Positions 53,880 through 58,574 of a stretch of 58,574 bases of DNA are shown one piece after another. The notes under the pieces were generated by a model. That model was not told where the DNA came from. It saw only the letters and a list, made by a program, of their open reading frames with translations, and did no database searches. Position 1 is the stretch's first letter. Each line of letters begins with the position of its first letter. The DNA is taken from positions 1 through 58,574 of the forward strand of contig CAYMZD010000002.1 in the NCBI GenBank assembly GCA_964394855.1, given 5' to 3'. The translations under genes were made by a program, and so were the position numbers. The stretch comes from an uncultured Gammaproteobacteria bacterium (lineage in GTDB: Bacteria; Patescibacteriota; Microgenomatia; Daviesbacterales; UBA10151).

Positions 53880-54830
53880 TCATGGATTAACCACATGTTG
53901 TGGCTTTCCTTTTAAAAAAGCTTTCATGTTGCCGATGAATATTTCCTGTTTTGCAATTCTTGCTTCATCAGAAATATAGCCAATGGGTGGATAAAGTATG
54001 CAATTCTCATATTTAGATAACCTTTTACCATTTTTTGGACTTAACTCATCAGCGTGGTCTGTGATAAAAGTTATATCTCCTTTTTTGAGTCTATCTTCCA
54101 AAGCATCTAAATCTGTTATCTCATTGGGGACCGTGCTTATAATCAAACCTCCTGGCCGGATACTATTTATTCTCTTTTTATTTAGGAAATGTTTCGTCTC
54201 CGGAGTCTCTGCCAAATTAAGGGAGATAATATTTGCCTGTGCTATTAACTTATCCGCATCTTGATATTTTATACCAGATTTTTCTAAATCTTTCTTTCTA
54301 TTCTTTGACCAATATCTGACATCAGCTCCAAACCCTTTGGCAATTTCAGCCACCCTTTTTCCAATCCTTCCCAACCCCAAAACTGCAAATACTTTATCTT
54401 TTATTTCCATAGCTTTAATCCCTGCTTCGGAATAGTTCCCCTTGCTTCCTCTTTCTTTAGCTTCAACGATGCCTCTTATCCTTTCCAGAATAACTGCAAA
54501 AACAAGTTCGGCGACCGATTCTGTGGCATAACCTGGAACATTAGAAACTATTATCCCTTTTTTCTTGGCATAATCTGTATCAACTTCCCCATAAGCCGTG
54601 GCTAAAACACCAACATATTTTAAATTTGGTGCAGCATTTATTTCTTTTTTGCCAACATCAATTTGAAATCCTCTTAATATACAATCCGTATCAGTCAACT
54701 CTTTTTGAATTTGAGGGCTGTCTTTTGGTAAAGATACTCTTTTTTCCGTTAACTCATCTAGCTTTTTCCAGTAAATTGGATCCAGTTTATCTTCGCTGAT
54801 ATTTATTATTAAAGTTTTTTTGAATTTCAT
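53880..54830 (-). CDS. D-isomer-specific 2-hydroxyacid dehydrogenase family protein
   Basis: VSNVPGY.TESVAE, GLGRIG Rossmann motif, IISLNL..T.ET. Confidence 0.88.
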   Translation of the reverse strand: MKFKKTLIINISEDKLDPIYWKKLDELTEKRVSLPKDSPQIQKELTDTDCILRGFQIDVGKKEINAAPNLKYVGVLATAYGEVDTDYAKKKGIIVSNVPGYATESVAELVFAVILERIRGIVEAKERGSKGNYSEAGIKAMEIKDKVFAVLGLGRIGKRVAEIAKGFGADVRYWSKNRKKDLEKSGIKYQDADKLIAQANIISLNLAETPETKHFLNKKRINSIRPGGLIISTVPNEITDLDALEDRLKKGDITFITDHADELSPKNGKRLSKYENCILYPPIGYISDEARIAKQEIFIGNMKAFLKGKPQHVVNP

Positions 54831-54872
54831 TTAATATCCCTTCCTCATCCGAATTATACTCTAAACCGTTTA

Positions 54873-56618
54873 TTATTCCTTAGTTCCCACTAGATAAACT
54901 GCTTGCCAGGGTTTAAAGTTTGAATTCCAGGTTTCGGAAATGATAGTTTCGCCGGCTCTGGTAACTGTTCTTTTAAAACTGACATTTGCTCCCCAGGCCG
55001 GGAAGTCTACCTGTTTAACTTCGCCTTTGGCCAGGGTGGGATCATCTTGGCGAAGTTCAGGGGGTGGGGGTATTTGATTGGTCACCACCGGGGTGGTCAG
55101 CTTGGAAATTCTGCCATCAGATGTGCCATATAAATCTACAAAAAGAGAATTACCCGAAGTATAAGCCTGGATTAAAATATGAGCCGAGGTGTCGTTTTTA
55201 AACTTAAAATCAACTGATGGGGCAAAAACAGTGGCATCCAGACCCGGAGGAAACCCCTGCTCATAATAACCCACTCTGTAAGCATGAGCTACTCGTTGTA
55301 CTACTGGCAATCCAGCATTTAACACCGCCCTAAACAGAGTAGTTGAATCCTGGCAAACTCCACCTCCATCGTCCAGTACGGTTCTGCCACTCTTGATCAC
55401 ATAAGCTTGTTTATAACCGGACTCTGCTGAAATATCACCCACGCGATCATTAAAAGAAAAAATCTCCCCTGGTGGGATTAAAATACCATTAATTCTGGAT
55501 GCAGCCAGTTGAATATTATACACTCTATTGGGGATGGAGCCCCTGAAGTGAGAAATCCCTCTGCCGATTAACTCTTTAATACCCAAGTTATTGACCTCTG
55601 CTGTTTTAACTTTCGGCTCTATAATCTCCACAGGTAAAGTGATAATTTTAGCTCTCTGGTTAGTAAGAGCTAAAATTATCAAATCTGCCGCCCTATCAAC
55701 TTGTAAGTTTCTACCCTCTTGAGCTGGTTTAAAAACAGTCACCCTGTTGGTTGAGGGGTTAAAATTAAACTGTGCCTCTACTACTTCTTGGTTAATTTCG
55801 GCTGTTAAATCCTGCAAAAATACCGCCACCATTTTTTTATTAATTAAATTTTCATCTTGATAGTCTAAAAGAGTAATTAAAGTTTTAGCATCCAAACTCC
55901 AGCTTAAATTTTGAAAGGTCAGTTTAATTGGGTTTTTACTTAGCTCTTCCAGATAAGCTTTGGCTTTTTGGGCTTTGGCTGTGGTGATTGGTGGTTTAAG
56001 CACTTTGGTGGGCACCTCACTGGGAATTTTTCCAAAGATAAGATAATTTTTTAAATCACCAGTTAAACTTTCCCTATCAAGCTCTTGACCTAACTCTGCC
56101 GGTGAAACTTGAATTTGAGCAGCAGTGGTGGAATCCAAATCGTTGATTAATAAAGTGGCATTGGTGGAAGATTTATGTAAACTTTTGGCTATTTTGTCCA
56201 CCTGGGAATCAATGGCCAAGTCAACTTGGGGGATGATGACTTTGGTAAAAAGTAAAGTGTTTAATTGATCTAATAATCTTTGTTGCCAAGGCCCGTCATG
56301 ACCGGTGATAAAAGCTTGCTCTATAGAGTGAGCCAGATCTAATTTGGCAGAGGCAGTTGATAAATCAATTCCCAAAATGGGTTGACTGACTCTTTGCTGG
56401 AATTTAGAGTTTATCAACTGGTTGGCAGCACCTTTATCTAAAAAGAAAAGATGTGTGTCTCCAATATATACTCTGGGAAAAAATTTATCCTGAAAAATTA
56501 TTTCCAAAGTGAAAGTTAATAGGGTTAATAAAATGGTGAATGTTATAAAAGGGATAAAAAATTTCTGCAACCTGTGATACTTGACAGTTAACAAGTGCCC
56601 CTTTTTCTTCATGGTCAT
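54873..56618 (-). CDS. VanW family protein with peptidoglycan-binding repeats
   Basis: NR.YNI.LAA..ING..I.PGE.FSFN, GGGVCQ.STT, GLDATV, DFKFKND. Confidence 0.92.
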   Translation of the reverse strand: MTMKKKGHLLTVKYHRLQKFFIPFITFTILLTLLTFTLEIIFQDKFFPRVYIGDTHLFFLDKGAANQLINSKFQQRVSQPILGIDLSTASAKLDLAHSIEQAFITGHDGPWQQRLLDQLNTLLFTKVIIPQVDLAIDSQVDKIAKSLHKSSTNATLLINDLDSTTAAQIQVSPAELGQELDRESLTGDLKNYLIFGKIPSEVPTKVLKPPITTAKAQKAKAYLEELSKNPIKLTFQNLSWSLDAKTLITLLDYQDENLINKKMVAVFLQDLTAEINQEVVEAQFNFNPSTNRVTVFKPAQEGRNLQVDRAADLIILALTNQRAKIITLPVEIIEPKVKTAEVNNLGIKELIGRGISHFRGSIPNRVYNIQLAASRINGILIPPGEIFSFNDRVGDISAESGYKQAYVIKSGRTVLDDGGGVCQDSTTLFRAVLNAGLPVVQRVAHAYRVGYYEQGFPPGLDATVFAPSVDFKFKNDTSAHILIQAYTSGNSLFVDLYGTSDGRISKLTTPVVTNQIPPPPELRQDDPTLAKGEVKQVDFPAWGANVSFKRTVTRAGETIISETWNSNFKPWQAVYLVGTKE

Positions 56619-56649
56619 ATTTTACTTAACTTAGGCTATAATTAAAAGG

Positions 56650-57882
56650 ATGAAGAAACTGGTAGTGGTAGCTCTTTCTTTGGTTATTATCCTGGGATTT
56701 TTGTTTTGGAAATTTGGTCCATCTTTCCAACAAACACCACCTACAGGCCCTGTCAGTTTAACCTATTGGGGGTTAAAAGATGAGAATATTATTAAGCCTC
56801 AAGTGGTGGAGTTTGAAAGTCAAAATCCCAATATTAAGATAAATTATGTTCACCAAAGCACCATTAATTATAGAACTAGGGTACAGACTCAAATCCGTTC
56901 TGGTGTCGGGCCTGACATTTTTCAATTTCACAATTCTTGGCTAGCCATGTTTGAAAGTGACTTGGCTCCAGCTCCCAAGGATATATGGACCATGGAAGAG
57001 TATAAAAAAGACTTCTTGCCGATAGCAGCGGACAGTTTTAGTAAAAATGACAATATTTTTGCCGCCCCCGATCAAATTGATGGTTTGGCTCTTTTTATCA
57101 ACGAGGATATCTTGCAGGCAGTGGGAGAAAAAGTGCCTAAAAATTGGCGGGAGTTTATTGAAAGTGCTGTTAAAGTGACAGTACAGGACGAGACAGGGAA
57201 AATTCAAACTGCCGGGGCAGCCCTGGGGACAACTTCCAATGTGGATTACTGGAGTGATATTTTAGGGCTTTTGCTCATGCAGCAGCCAGGAGTAAATTTA
57301 GCATCACCCCAATCACCAGCAGTAGCAGAGGTGTTACGCTTTTATATCAGTTTTGTGATAGATCCTAGAAGAAAAACATGGGATGTTAATATGCCTTCAT
57401 CCAGTGAGACTTTTGCCCAAGGGAGATTAGCTTTTTACTTTGGTCCTGCCTGGAGAACAGGCCAATTTAAGCAAAACCCCAACTTAAAATTTAAAGTGGT
57501 GCCAGTGCCACAACTTTCAGAAAGGCAAGTAGCTTGGGCTTCATTTTGGGGAGAAGCTGTTTCCGGCACCAGTAAATATCAAAAACAGGCTTGGCAGTTT
57601 ATTAAATTTTTAACTGCCAAGGAGATAGAAATAAGAAAACAAATGGCAGCGGATAGCTTACTTAATGCCTATATCAGTCAAGGATCTTACTATAAATTTT
57701 GGTATTTATCTTCCAACACTTTTGATAATGGGATAAATGATGAAATGATTACAGTTTGGAAAGAAGGAGTTGATGAAATTTTGCAAACCAATAATCCAGA
57801 TAAAGCTTTACAAAATATAGCAGTTGGCGTAAGGAAGGTGCTGGATAAATATACCAAACCCGTTCCTGCTCCAACAAGATAA
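56650..57882 (+). CDS. ABC-type extracellular solute-binding protein (sugar-binding family 1)
   Basis: N-terminal anchor, GPDIFQ.H..W, DGLALF.N, F.QGRLAFYF. Confidence 0.88.
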   Translation: MKKLVVVALSLVIILGFLFWKFGPSFQQTPPTGPVSLTYWGLKDENIIKPQVVEFESQNPNIKINYVHQSTINYRTRVQTQIRSGVGPDIFQFHNSWLAMFESDLAPAPKDIWTMEEYKKDFLPIAADSFSKNDNIFAAPDQIDGLALFINEDILQAVGEKVPKNWREFIESAVKVTVQDETGKIQTAGAALGTTSNVDYWSDILGLLLMQQPGVNLASPQSPAVAEVLRFYISFVIDPRRKTWDVNMPSSSETFAQGRLAFYFGPAWRTGQFKQNPNLKFKVVPVPQLSERQVAWASFWGEAVSGTSKYQKQAWQFIKFLTAKEIEIRKQMAADSLLNAYISQGSYYKFWYLSSNTFDNGINDEMITVWKEGVDEILQTNNPDKALQNIAVGVRKVLDKYTKPVPAPTR

Positions 57883-57887
57883 AAAAT

Positions 57888-58217
57888 ATGCTAATTTTAA
57901 TTAAAACCAAAGCTGATGAGGATACCTTAAAAAAGGTAGCAGAAGATTTAGCTGGTTATATTAAAGTGGTGGTGGATTTGGAAAATGAAATTTTAACAGC
58001 CGGAGGATTGCGTCATTTTGAAGGGGAGGAGCTTCTTTTGAAAGAAGGAAGTATTCAGAAAAATTTATGGGGAGGTGGTTTGGATCTGGAGACAGGAGAA
58101 GTGGATTTTGATTCGATGATAAATTTGCGGCCCAATCAAGGGAATCCCAGCAGGGAAGTTTTATCAGGGGAAATTAGAAAGAAAGTGGAAAATATTATCA
58201 GAAAATTATTAAAATAA
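57888..58217 (+). CDS. DUF5674-like protein
   Basis: IKVVVD...AGG..H..E.LL..GS.Q..LWGG, SMIN.RP.Q. Confidence 0.75.
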   Translation: MLILIKTKADEDTLKKVAEDLAGYIKVVVDLENEILTAGGLRHFEGEELLLKEGSIQKNLWGGGLDLETGEVDFDSMINLRPNQGNPSREVLSGEIRKKVENIIRKLLK

Positions 58218-58221
58218 TACT

Positions 58222-58506
58222 ATGAATACCCAGGATCTAACTTTAAATATTGCTGTTAATCTGGGAAGAATTTCCCGTTTTGCCATGGAGGGGAAAAAAG
58301 AACGCGTTGGACAATTTTTACAGGAAACAGAGGGATATTTAAAACAGTTAGAAAATTCCTCCAAAAGCGAGCGGTTTAAATCTACTCTGGAACATTTTAA
58401 AAATAAATTTTATCAGCTCAAAAATAATGTTCGCTTAAATAGTGAATGGGCTGAAGATATGCTGACTTGGGCTAATATCTTACAACATAGGGCTAAGTTA
58501 GCCTAA
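58222..58506 (+). CDS. Hypothetical helical protein
   Basis: 94-codon ORF 4 nt after the DUF5674-like gene. Confidence 0.65.
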   Translation: MNTQDLTLNIAVNLGRISRFAMEGKKERVGQFLQETEGYLKQLENSSKSERFKSTLEHFKNKFYQLKNNVRLNSEWAEDMLTWANILQHRAKLA

Positions 58507-58574
58507 ATTAAAATGAGCTATTCGATAAAATATAAAACTAAGGTCTGAAAAATTCTGAATACCAAAAATAGGAT

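Noticed and set aside
240-54264. Many 60-200 aa ORFs overlapping long genes on the opposite strand or in another frame (for example 756-1157, 25651-26241, 22386-22778, 39591-39917, 39620-39958)
   Set aside because: Shadow frames of well-supported CDSs, with no recognisable motifs.

Overview
Chromosomal window from an AT-rich bacterium that is very probably a Patescibacteria/CPR (Microgenomates-like) organism. This is inferred from gene content: CPR-type DUF5652/5657/5674/4012 proteins, VirB2-like pilin arrays and scarce Shine-Dalgarno sites. The window contains the replication origin region (dnaN, endonuclease, oriC, dnaA, rpmH, rnpA, yidD, yidC, jag), rpoD-dnaG, six tRNAs (all four Ser isoacceptors, Arg-GCG, Asn), tmRNA and smpB split by a PIN toxin-antitoxin pair, and comF. 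It also holds a T4SS-like locus next to dnaN (six tandem pilins, VirB6-, PrgI-, VirB4- and hydrolase-like genes; no VirD4 or relaxase seen), rnhA, rplY, valS, tsaD, a LexA-like gene followed by a fused R-M plus S restriction locus, and a variable region with a large secreted lipase-like protein. The most unusual signal is a set of short GC-rich palindromes that recur between genes and also in-frame inside conserved proteins (VirB4, RNase H, TsaD, a PD-(D/E)XK nuclease, a membrane protein). A stand-alone GIY-YIG nuclease gene is bracketed by an exact 50-bp palindromic direct repeat and could be the mobiliser of these elements (inference). No rRNA, CRISPR array, integrase or prophage was seen. 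Family assignments come from motif recognition, not database searches.
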